Of a stretch of 64,000 nt of DNA, positions 1-11,744 are shown piece after piece (position 1 is the first letter of the stretch; each line of letters opens with the position of its first letter). The translations under genes were made by a program, and so were the position numbers. The DNA is taken from NCBI GenBank assembly GCA_001643675.2, contig LSRY02000011.1:1178001-1242000 (forward strand), read 5' to 3'. The DNA is from Monocercomonoides exilis PA203 (Eukaryota > Protista > Preaxostyla). Under the pieces are notes generated by a model that saw nothing but the letters and a program-made list of their open reading frames with translations, did not search any database and was not told the DNA's origin.

Positions 1-495
1 CCTGCTATGAAACATTTCATTATTTCAATTAAATTAAAATCAATAATTAAAAAGAATTGTAACAAATTATCCATAAAAACAATAGAGTTTGCAAATTTAA
101 GCATGCCTGAATATCATCTTCATCCGACATTTGATATTATTCAACTTTTCGAAAGAATTAAAATAAGAAAAATTGAATTAAGTACGAGATCAAAGTTTTC
201 ATTTTATAAAAAAAATTTAAACAGCTTTTATGGAGTGTATTTCTGTTATAGAGAAATGTTTGTATCACCTTTTTAATCCAGAAGGGAAAGACGAAATAAT
301 CATTGCAATCAAAAACAAAAAATATTTTTTGTTTTCTGAAAAGAGACTCTTGTTTGAAATCAATATTTTTTCGACTTTTCTTGAATATTATGAATATTTT
401 GAGAAAAATTAATTACAAAAATTTGGAGATTTCGAAAAATGTTTTTTCCAAAATGATATGTTGAAGCTAATTAAGGTTATTTTGATTATTGATCG

Positions 496-2516
496 ATGAC
501 AAGTGTTGCAACAAAACTTATTCCTTATGGCCCGCAATTGTCGGGTTATGAGATGATAGATGGAGCTACAAGTAAGCCTCCTGCAGTTAAAGCTTCGATT
601 ACTGAATCGATGAGAGCAACAGAATTGAATGGACTTCTTCTCTCAATTGGACAAATAACAAATTCATTTGTTTGGCAAAATTGTTTATTTATCACAAATT
701 CTTGAGTTTCTTTCAATGTTAAATGATGCAATTCAGGAAAATGTTTCAAAAGCAATGAATGAAGAAGTCAGTAAAATAACTGAGACAATTTCAGATTTGT
801 CAGGCCGTGTTAACAAATTGAAACAGAGAATGCCCGAATATCAAAATGCCTTTCGTAATGCTGATTATTATCAATTGGAAGCTAAAGAATGTATGAATCA
901 TTTTATATTTCACTTTCAAAATTTGATGTTTCACATTTTTGTTTTTGATAGGTTACACTTTCTCACTCAGGGAATCAGCAAACCAAGATGTCTTCAATGT
1001 TGAATCAAGGCTTCCCGAAGTGAAGGCACTTTATGATGCGGCTGAGCCTCCTCCTGATTTGTCTGTTATTGACAAATTGATTTTGGAATTGCCAGAGGCA
1101 GATAAGCCACAGAATTTCCCCAATTTGTCAGATAAGTATTCCAATCCAGGGTATTTCATGGCTCATTGGATTGAATCCTTCCAAACAAACGCAATGATCG
1201 AAAAAGAAAGATCAAAGGCAAGGAAAAAGCCTCAAGCATCTGGGAAACGACCAGAGCCACCGAAGAGCGTTCAGTCTCCATCATCTCCTCATTCTCCAAC
1301 TGGTTTCAAACCAGCGATGGTTCGATCCCCTTCAACAGCGCAAACTGCTCCTGTTAATGCACCTTCACCCCTTACGACCACTACCACAGAAATTGAAGTG
1401 CCTCAACCCTTGGAAACAACTCCTCGCGTTCCTTTGACGCCACAAACTCCAAAAACTCCACAACAAGGTCGTAATGACACACCTCCACCTCCACCGGCAG
1501 ATGATTCAGTTCCTCCACCACCTCCTGCTGATGACGGTGTTCCTCCGCCACCATCAACGGATTCCATTCCCCAAGCACCTCCTATCGGATCTGTCCCACA
1601 AGCTCCACCACTAGGTTCTGTTCCTCAGGCACCTCCGTTAGGAAGTGTGCCTCAAGCTCCGCCGCTTGGCTCGATTCCACAGGCTCCTCCAATTGGCTCA
1701 GTTCCCCAAGCACCGCCGTTGGGAACAGTTCCACAGGCTCCACCGTTGGGCACTGTACCACAGGCACCTCCACTTGGTTCCGTTCCTCAGGCACCTCCGT
1801 TGGGTTCTGTGCCACAGGCTCCTCCACTGGGAAGTGTACCTCAAGCTCCTCCGTTAGGAACTGTTCCTCAAGCTCCTCCACTTGGTTCTGTTCCTCAGGC
1901 ACCTCCGTTAGGAAGTGTGCCTCAAGCCCCACCATTGGGATCCGTCCCACAAGCTCCACCGCTGGGATCAGTACCTCAAGCACCTCCTCTGGGATCTGTT
2001 CCTCAAGCTCCTCCTCTGGGATCGGTACCTCAGGCTCCACCGCTGGGTGCTGTTCCTCAGGCTCCACCAGTCGGAGCAACGCCAAAAGCACCAGCGTTGA
2101 AGCCAGTGAACAATACTCCTCGCCCAGCTCCAAGCTCAGGGTATCATTTAATTTATTATTTTCTATATTGTAGCGTTATCAAATGTTTATAATTTTATTT
2201 TTAATGTAGAATGAGTTTGATGGATCAGCTGAAGGCCGGAGTACAGTTGAAGAAAGTGAACAAGAATGATCCTCCTCCAGGTGGTGCTGTGAAGCTTCCA
2301 CCGAAAGCAGGAAATCCACAAATGCAGATGCTGATGATGATCAAGGGAGGTGTAAAGTTACGCTCTGCATCTGAACGAAAGCTTCCAGAAAGGCAAGCTC
2401 CTGAGCAAAGACCATCGCTTGTTACTGCATTGTTGGAGAAAGCACACAGCATGCGTGCAGCAATACAGGGAGACGACGAGTCAAATTCCACAAGCAGCGA
2501 TAGCTTTGATGATTAA
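496..2516 (+). CDS. SCAR: SCAR/WAVE-family Arp2/3 nucleation-promoting factor (4 exons; introns about 670-706, 891-951, 2141-2209)
   Basis: Spliced ORF has WAVE-homology motifs (QDVFNVESRLPEVKALYDAAEPPPDLS...KYSNPGYFMAHW), a basic stretch, a Pro-rich region, two WH2-like motifs (SLMDQLKAGVQLKKV; MLMMIKGGVKLRSA), a central helix and an acidic tail. GT-AG introns restore the frame. Confidence 0.85.
1566..2078 (+). repeat. Coding tandem repeat, 19 x 27 bp encoding (V/I)PQAPP(L/I/V)G(S/T/A)
   Basis: Units counted directly. Amino acids are conserved while synonymous positions vary. Confidence 0.95.
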
Positions 2517-2914
2517 ATTTCTTATTTTCTGTTACTTTTTAATTCATTGTCCCGAACCAATGATTGTGCTTAAAATTTTATAGTTTCATTTTTCAAATCA
2601 TTGTTTTATTTTATTCTTATCAACAAAATTTTCATTTTATATAAAAAATACATTTTTATTTTAAAAATCTGGATTTTTAAATTTCTGATTTATTTTACAA
2701 ATCAAATCATTTTTAACAAACGATTTCATTCTGTGAAAAAGAAAATATTTCTTCGATGTAATTCAAAGGTATTGTTTCACAAGTCTAATAAATAAGACAA
2801 TTTTTTGTTAATTACAATTATTATTGTTCATTTTCATAAAAATTAAAGTGTAACTAAAAATTCTTGATTTTCACTACAAATATATTTTATAATTACTAAA
2901 TAGCAGCATTTATT

Positions 2915-3401
2915 TTATCCGCTCTTGAAAAGAAGAACAGCAATTTGACCCAAGTAGAAATATCTACAGATTGAGAAGCCAATAAAAATGGAGTATAAAA
3001 ATATATAACAAAAAATATATATAGCAAACATAAAATGCTTTGTTTCGTGTGTCACATATGAGCCGAAGTTTCTGCCAACGATGCAATGCCATGTTGGGTG
3101 ATATTTTTTGTCTGATATAATATTCAAATAAACTCAACTCAATATTTGCATAAACAACAACAAATACCAAATTCTTTCTTGATGTATGAAGCAATATCTT
3201 TTTCAATTGAAAAGTTTTCCAAAGCAGATGAAGCAACATCACTGTAATCAAAAATATTCAAAAATAAATTTTCAAATTTTCAAATTTTAAACAACTACAG
3301 TTCAAATCATCTAGCTTAAAAGAAACAGCAAACATAGCATCTTGTTGCATATCTTCGGACATATCAGCGTTCTTGATCACAGCTTTTCTTGTTTCTGCCA
3401 T
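2915..3401 (-). CDS. DYNLL1: Dynein light chain LC8 (4 exons; introns 3333-3242, 3167-3112, 3029-2964)
   Basis: Spliced product [90 protein letters not shown] is canonical LC8. Confidence 0.97.
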
Positions 3402-3593
3402 TTATTTTAAATTTTGATAATCTTCAACAGATTGATCTTAAAAACCATTTACTAAAAAATTTTAAACGCAAACTAAGGGGTGTGAAAAAAAAAGTTAATT
3501 GAAAGCTAAACACTAATAACAAAAATAATTATCACAAAAATGAGTAAGATAATAAAAACTAAAATTTTTGTTGATAGCTATTTCATCAAAACA

Positions 3594-4857
3594 TCAAGAA
3601 GGAGAAAAAGGCACATAACGCTTTTTTTTAGGTGCTGAAAGTTGAAGAGGTTTTGAGCTGAGAAACAGAGGCTCGTTGTCCGATGCAGAAGAAAGTGCCG
3701 ACTGTGAAATGAAAGGAGAAGAAGAAGAGGAAGAGGAAAAAGCAGTCTGATTCAAAGAAGGGATGGGTGGATTTGTGGGCATGGGGTATGTGCGGTGGGG
3801 TGAAAATAGCTGAGGAGAAGAAGACAGCTGTCTAACAGAAGCATTTGCTTCATTCTTCCTTTCTCTGTTTGCAACCTCACTTTCTCTTTCTCTCACCCCA
3901 ACATCCCTTTTAGCAGCAGTAGCAATAGAAGCATCAGTATTTCTTCCCATTGCCTGCTCCATCTTCGCCCTGTGCTTCTGATAGAACGAACCCGAGCCAG
4001 CTGTGGGAGGGAGTGGAGCAGAAGGAGCGAAAGAAGAAGAAGGAGAATGAGGAGGAGAAAAAGAAGAAGAAGATGATGATGATGAAGAATGCGGCTGCCT
4101 CACAAACCCTAACATATGCTCAGAATTAAGCGGAGTGAGTGTGTCTTCGCCACCAGAGCCGTCAAACAGACCTTCAATCCGCGGAACCGCCCTCGTCTCG
4201 TTCGCAAAGAAAACAGGGTGGCCATGGACAATATGCACGTGGATTCCTGTGCTTCCTCTTCTGTCTTCTCCTGTTCCTATTCCACTTCCTCCTCTTCTTC
4301 CTCCCTCTCTTCTTCTTCTTTCTTCTCCTCCTCCTCCAACAGTACCTCCAATAGAACCTCCAGTATTACTATTGTACCCTCCACCCACATTCCCCGATGC
4401 AGCCATCGCGCCCACAGGGAGGGGAACAGTTGGAGAAGAAGTCTTTTGATGCTGCTGATGGTGCGTGTCAAAGGCAGAAGGAGGAGCAGAGGAGAAGGGA
4501 GGATAATGAAGCGGTGGGACTGAAGGTTTGGTGGATTTGGTGGGTTTTGTGGGGTTTGTGGATGTTGGAGAGTGGGTTTCAGGGTTTTGAGGGGAAGAAT
4601 GAGAAGAGGAAGAAGAGGAAGAAGAGGAAGAAGAGGAAGAAGAGGAAGAGGAAGAGGAAGAAGAAGAAGAAGACAAAGATGATGAAGCATTAGGAGAGGA
4701 AAGAGGATGAATAGTGAAGTCTAGGGTGGCTGATTGGCGTGTGGGTGAAAGGTTTGCTTTGTCTGAAGATGAATTTGTTGTCTTTTGCTTTCGAGAAAGA
4801 TTTTCCTTTGGATGAGAAGAAGAAGAAGAAGAAGAAGAAGAAGAAGAAGAAGAAGAA

Positions 4858-4916
<59 letters not shown>

Positions 4917-7900
4917 GTTTATTGATTGACTTAACTGTTTGGGTGAACGTTGAACATGGTTATTTTTCCGATTTTCATCATCTGAAGAAGAGGAAGAAGA
5001 AGAAGAAGAAGAATTTTCGAATGCTTCTTGATTGTTCTTCTCCTTCAGCTGTTTTGCTGTGTGGCTGCGGTCGAAATCGTCTGAGCTGTCATTCATCTTA
5101 TTCACATCTTCTGTGTCACTTTCTTCATCAGAAATAGAAGAAGAGGAGGAAAAAGAAGAAGTATCTTGTTTGCATTCTGCTTCAGATTTTGTACTTTCTT
5201 TTATTTGATTTGAAGTTTCCGGTGTGATTGGTTGCTCTTGTGAAGAAGAATCCATTGTTGCTGTTGTTTCTATTGCTATTACTTCTTCTCCTTCTCTTTC
5301 TTCTCTTTCTTCTCTTTCTTCTCTTTCTTCTCTTTCTTCTCTTTCTTCTCTTTCTTCTCTTTCTTCTCTTTCTTCTTTTGTTGTTGTTATCAATTGCCTT
5401 TTCTCCTTGTTTGCCTCATTTCCTTCCTCCATCACCTCATCTCCTTCTTCTTCTTCAATTGGGCTGATTGGACACCCTCCTTCATTCACATTCATATTCA
5501 CATTCATATTCATACCCCTCTCTATTATTCTATCTTTTGATTCTTCTTGTTCTTTATTTTCTTCGTTTTCTTCGTTTGCTTGCTTCAATAAACCAGAAGA
5601 ATATGAAGAAGAAGAAGAAGAATTTGTTATTTCTTCTGCTCCTTCTTTTGATTCATCCTTCTTTTCTTCCCCCTTTCCCTGAGACAATTTCGAATTCTTC
5701 TCCTTTTCAACTCCATTTTTCAGCACAGCCGATGCAGAAAGCGAGGAAATTGAAGCAGAAGGAGCATAAGTTGTATTCATTCCTGTTATCATTCCACTTC
5801 CTATTCCACTTCCTATTTCTGTTCCATTCACATTTCCTGTTATTGTTCCATTGGGTATCAAAGGTACTAATTGCACTGGTTTGACAGCAAAAGCTGCGTT
5901 TGTTTCATTCTCAAGTAGGATGAAACTGCCAGACGCTGTAGAAATAGACGGGTTTTGTGAGTTGGATGAAGAATAAGACGAAGATGAAGATGAAGAGGAA
6001 GAGGAGGAAGAGGAGGAGAAGGAAGAAAAAGAAGGCAAGTTTCCCCTCTGATTCGTATTCAATGCTTCAACCAGGATTCTGTGTGTGTTGTCGAGAGGAG
6101 AGCGAATATGCGATCTTCCTCTGGCAATTGACTGCTTTGGGTGAAGAATGCCATCGATGTCTGTCAGACGGTGATGGCTATGGAGGAGACGGGTGGGGGT
6201 GGTGTGTTTGAGGGGAGAAGGAGAAGGAGAAGAGGAAGAGGAAGAGGAAGAGGAGGAAGAAGAAGAAGAAGATGATGATGAATTATATTCAGATTTTGGA
6301 TGTTGAGTCGAAGAATTCATCAAATGATCCGAAGAACCTTCCATCTGTATATCCAATTCATTGTATTCTTTTGTCTGTGCAGATCCCAATGCACTTGAAT
6401 TTCCTTCAATTTGACTCAAATTCTCTTCAACAGCTGAATCGTCTCTCACCTGCAGCTTATTGCCCTTGATGCTGCTTTTCCGTCTCTCAAATTGTCTTTC
6501 TCTTGCCAGTTGCTCCAATTTCTCCGATTTCTCCATCCTCTTCTCTCCTCCTCCTCCTCCTTTTCCTTTTCCTTCATCATCATCATCTTCTTCTTCATTG
6601 AAATTGCCTGCTTCGTGTTCACTCTCTTCATTCCAACCAGAAGGCGCTCCATTCGAAAAAGGCCTCTTTTCTTTCTCTTTCTCATTCTTCTTTGTCATCT
6701 TCTTCTTATCTTTCTTCTTCTTATTTTGCTGTTGCTGTAGTTCCTCTTGTTCTTCTTCATCTTTTCGGTCTGTTTTGTTCTCTGGTTGCAGATTTCTGAT
6801 AGATGTGTTCTTTTTCTCCTCTTCTTCTTCTTTTTCTTCTTCTTCTTTTTCTTTCACTGCTTCTTCTGTTGAATCTTTTTTGTTTTCAATTTCTTCTTCT
6901 TCTTCTTCCATCTGAACATTGTCTTCATCTTCCACCTCATCTGTTCTTCTGGCTGTTATATCAAATGCCTCTTCTTCTTCTTTCTCCTTCTCTTTCTCTT
7001 TCGTTTGCTTATCATCTTCATAAAACACCTCATTATTCATCATTCCATCTACGTCATCATATCTTTTTTCTTTCCTTCTATATTCTTCTCCTCCTCCTTC
7101 TCCTTCTCCTTCTCCTTCTTCTGCTTCTTCACTTACATTTTCATTCGAATCTGCATCTGCAACAAGCGTCGAAACAGCCCTCTCCTTCATCTTTATTTCT
7201 TCCATTCCGCTGTCTGTATACCTTCTCTGCATCTTTCTATCATTTCTGCCACTTTGACTGCTGCTACCCCTTTTGCTGTTATCAGCACTACTATTTTGTA
7301 CTCTTTCTCTCCCTTTCTTCGTAGAATTAGCCGATCCTCCGTATTTCTCCGTTATTTCTCCCGTCCCATCATCATTTCCATCATTATCTCCATCTTCTTC
7401 TTCTTCTTCTTCTTCTTCTTCTTCTTTCCCGCTTCTTTTTGCCTGCAAACTGCGCGCCGGCATCTGCAGCGGGGAGCGCGCCTCGTGCGGCTTCAGAAGC
7501 GAAGGGCGAATCAAAACAGGTTCCATTCCACTGCTCATCATCGTCGTCGTCATTGCATTGGGCTCCGGTGTCATCAGCGCCCTTTGGAGAGAAGGAGAAG
7601 AAAGAGGAAGGGTCTTTTGTGAATGGAGTGAAGATGCTGTGCCTGTCAGAGTGTTGTGCTGTTGAGGTGATAGCAAAGCCAAAGTCTTCTGAAACGCACT
7701 GCCTTTGGCAAGTGTGGGTGTGTTTCGTCCTTTTCCTCCCTTTTTTCCTCTTCCTCTCTGTTCATTTGGATATTCATTCCCATGCTCATTCCCATTCATA
7801 TTCCACTTTTCTCTTTCTTTCCTCTTCCCCATCTCCTTCTCTTCCTTTGCAGCATACGTCAATGAAAGATCAATATGCTGTTCAGGAGGAGGTTTAACCA

Positions 7901-10358
7901 GCGGCTGTGTTGAATGCGGAATGCGCTTGAACATCGCAGGCGCTGACGACGCCTGCTGCCGGCTGTGTCCAACAGAAGAAGAAGATGAGGAGGAGGAGGA
8001 AGAAGAAGAAGAAAATCCCTTTAACATATTTTCGGGTGATTGCTGTATTTCTGTTTGTTGTTGTCGTTGTGGCTCATATTCTGCGCCATGTTCATACACA
8101 TCTGACAAAGTGCTATCGAGCTGCTGCTGCTTAAACTGCCCTGTCCCATTCCCACTTGCAATTTTCCCTTTCTTTTTCTGTCTCCCAACATTCGCAAATT
8201 GTGCCGGCAAACCAGACTGACTCTGTTCTTTTTCTCTTTCTGAGTGAAAAGAAGAGTTTTGCTCAGCGCTCATCAGAGGCAGCTGTGATGCAAGACGTCC
8301 TTTGGCGATCTTCCCAGTGATGTGGTGAGGTGAGCGGGTGGGTGATGGAGAAGGAGAAGGGGAAAGAGAAGAAGGAGAAGGATGAGAAGGAGAAGAAGAG
8401 TGAAATGGTGATGATGATGATGAAGTGGATGAAATTTGTGACTGCTTAGCAAGAGAAGGAAGGTGCATGGGTGATGAAGTGCGATTAAATCCAGAAGATG
8501 AATAAGGAGAAGGAGAACGAGAAGAAGAAGAAGAAGCATTTGAAGCAGATGATGATGTTGTTGTTATTGTTTGCTGAAGTGGCGATGACGTGAGGCGACG
8601 TGAAGGTGACGTGAATCCGTTGAAGCTCAGCATTTTTGGCTGTGTGAGTGGATTGAGCGGATTGGCAAGCGTGACTGATGGAAATGCCCTCGGGTCTTCG
8701 AGAAAGTCGTCTTCAGCTGTTGCTTTGCTGGAGAAAACGTGGGAGTTCAAAATAGACGATGAAGAAGACGAAGACGAAGAGGAAGAAGAGGAAGAAGAAG
8801 GATGAGAAGGAGGAGGAGAAGGAGATGATTGAAAAGAAGACTCTGCTCTTTCATTTTCTGCTGATTTGTTTGGTTCAAACAGCCTTAGAGAAGGCAAGTG
8901 ACTAGCATTTTCCTGTCTTTCACTGCTCGTTCCCTCTCCTTCTCCTTCTCCTTCTCCCTCTCTCACCCGCTCTTCTTCTCTTCCTCTCCTTCCCTCCTCT
9001 CCACTTTGTCCATCGCCATCCTCTCCGCTGCAGCTGGAATTGAGCTTGTGCTCAAGTGCATTGTAGTCGATAACCTCGCACGCGCACTGCGGGCAGAGGT
9101 CGCAGCGGAGCAGATGTGCAAAGAGACAGTCGCTGTGAAATGTGTGGCCGCACAGCGGAAGCGTCGTCTGTGACTGCGACGGCTTCATCCCTTTCCGGCA
9201 GATGGTGCAGATGAAGATTGAGGCTGGCTCAGACGATGCTTTCGACCTGGATCCATCACGATTGCTGCTATTGCTGTTGATGATAAGGTAGTTGTCTTTG
9301 ATGATCTGCAGCGTCTTCTTCGATAGCGGGAAATCTCTCTTCTCCGCTCGGCTTTCTTCCTCGCTGGGCATCTCAACCAGCCCTTCACCTTCCTGATCAG
9401 CAAACTCAAACGGGTTGTATCGCACCTCTTGCTTCAGCACAATCCCTCCTTTTTTGGCTTTGGCCTCCAGCGCCAGCAGCTCTTCTTCTTGCTCTTTCTT
9501 TTCAATCATTCTCTCCTCGCGCGCCTTTTTCCTTTCTTCAAACTCATCGTCGTTCATCAGTCGTCTTCCGATAATGCTTCCTTTCATGTCATATGATACA
9601 AACATGTGCTGGGGATGTGCTCCCTTTCTGTAACATTTTACGCATAATTGAATATCTGAACATTTTGTACATTTGATCTTAGGGCCAAGAATGGGCTGCG
9701 TACAGCAACATTCACAACGCGCATTTGGGTGTAGAAATGAAATTCTTTGTTGAAATGGAGAAGTTGATGAAAGCGATCCCCATTCGCATTCGCAAAAGGG
9801 ACAAACAATCGGTAAACAATTTGATTTATGATGCATATACCAGTAATTAAAACATTCAAGATGAAGATTACCTCCGCAGCCATATCTACAATATACCAGC
9901 TTTTGTTTCATATTCATCAATTCTTGGCAAATAATGCACACAGAATTTGAAGAAAGAGGAAGACGTTCAATGAGCATTTTTGAAGAAGTGCCATTTGATT
10001 CAGAATTTTTCGAGCTCACGCATTGCCTGATCATAGAGCATTCTGTAATCTGTGACAATTCATTATCAGTATACCCCCGTTGCCAGCATAATGGATTATG
10101 AGGAGGAATTCGAAAAAGTGTTGTGAGGACAAACGCAATATGCACGCAGAACGCTCCACGGCCTTTTTGGCATGAACAGCTATTTCCAGATGATATAGAT
10201 ACTTTATATTTTTTTCCACTTGCATCAAGCAAAAGAAAAGTATTATTATGTAAATTCTGAATAAAACGAAGTTTTGAATGTGTAGCAAATGATAGTATAA
10301 TATCTATTTCTTCGTTAGCTTCTGGTATCCATGGGAATTCACGCTTTTGTAAAGACAT
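3594..10358 (-). CDS. ZSWIM2: ZSWIM2/MEX-like E3 ubiquitin ligase (SWIM-RING-ZZ-RING) with a ~1800-aa low-complexity tail; single exon
   Basis: SWIM (CSC...FCVHIAFV), RING (CIIC...CRYGCGGNLHLECF...CPFC), ZZ (CECC...KCTKCSDIQLCVKCY...HPQH) and a second RING (CTIC...CGHTFHSDCL...CPQC), in ZSWIM2 order. Confidence 0.8.
4815..4915. repeat. Coding microsatellite (GAA)n+(GAT)n, encoding a poly-Ser run on the minus strand
   Basis: Seen directly. Confidence 0.9.
5292..5376. repeat. 9-bp coding tandem repeat (TCTCTTTCT)n, encoding (EER)n on the minus strand
   Basis: Seen directly. Confidence 0.9.
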
Positions 10359-11042
10359 ATCAAAAAACCTCTTGTATTCTCAAAAAAATAAAAAATACAA
10401 TTCACAACGTTCTTTGAACATTAAGTGGGAATATTGATCATTTTTGTTCAAAAAAAATATCGATAAAATTTTTATAATAAGAAAATCACACGTTTTATCA
10501 CCGAATTATGATAATTTTTTTTTCCAATCTTGTTTTAAAGGAGCAAAAAAAAGTTATTATGAATCTTCAGAAAATCAGATTGTTAATAATATCGAACGGA
10601 ACATAAGAATAATAAAGTAACGTAATTAAATTTGAAAGTTTTCACAATAATGTTATGTCTTTTAATATAGAAATTGAATCGAAGAAGTGTGATGATTAGT
10701 GACTCAATTTGTTATCATTATAAGTTGCGCTTAAAGATATTGTTGATCTTTGTATTTCTTGTATTAATATAACATATGAAAAGAAAATATTGAAACAATT
10801 TCACAGCGGAAATGAAAACTGTGTAATTAAATTAATTTTTTTTTTTTTGATGTTTATTTGTTGTCATTTTCATTTTTCTTAAACAAAACAAACTCATACA
10901 TTCTCAACGATTTATTTTGGCTGATTGCGATAACAAGAATGAAGTGATTGCGAATGACTATAAAAAATGTCATACAAAATTTACATTTGAAGAACAAGAA
11001 TTGCAAAAAATCCTCTAATTTTAATAAAGAAGAAGATTTAAT

Positions 11043-11048
11043 AAAAAC

Positions 11049-11115
<67 letters not shown>

Positions 11116-11116
11116 A
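11043..11116. repeat. Interrupted poly(A) tract
   Basis: About 70 nt of A with a few interruptions. Confidence 0.9.
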
Positions 11117-11744
11117 ATTAGTTGCTGAGAAAATTAACGGAATAATTAATTTGTAAATAAATATTAAACTGTTTGATTTGTTAAGGGTTTAAATATGACA
11201 AAAAAGCAGAAAGAAACATTTGAAAAACATTTGACAAAAGAGTGGTAAATATATACATATATATGGATGCTTCAAGGTGCTATAAAAAACAAAAACACAA
11301 GGAACATTCATTTGAAACGTAAGTTGCAATCTAATAAAAGATTCTTTAAAGATAATATTTTACGAAAAATGAGTAAAAAAATTGAAACAAAAACCTTTAA
11401 CTATAAACACATTCAAAAATTTGAACAGAAAAAAAATTTTGAATGAAAAAAATTCTTTCATTTCCATTTTTTCAAAAAAAAATTTTTTTCCCTCCACATC
11501 ACTATTTGTGATTCAAAAACCACGCTTCTCTTCTGCCTTCTTTTTCAATCACCTTTTAAAAGTTATTTCATCATATTTCAAAAGTGTTGCTGTTCACATT
11601 TATTTTTTGATGGATTTCATGCATTTGTTTGTTGTTATTTCTTCTTCACTCCTTATTTTTCGTGTTTTTTCTCATTTTTATTCTTTGAGCATGTCTTTGC
11701 TTCTCGAATAATATTTCACACAACCCATCCCCACGTTTCTCAAA

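Noticed and set aside
7-412. Short plus-strand ORFs upstream of WAVE
   Set aside because: AT-rich, F/K/I/N-biased translations typical of non-coding DNA.
1566-2078. Possible CRISPR-like array
   Set aside because: Contiguous 27-bp units with no unique spacers; in-frame coding repeat in a eukaryotic gene.
11035-11116. Poly(A) preceded by AATAAA as a retroposon tail
   Set aside because: No recognisable body or TSD; AATAAA is trivially common in this AT-rich DNA.
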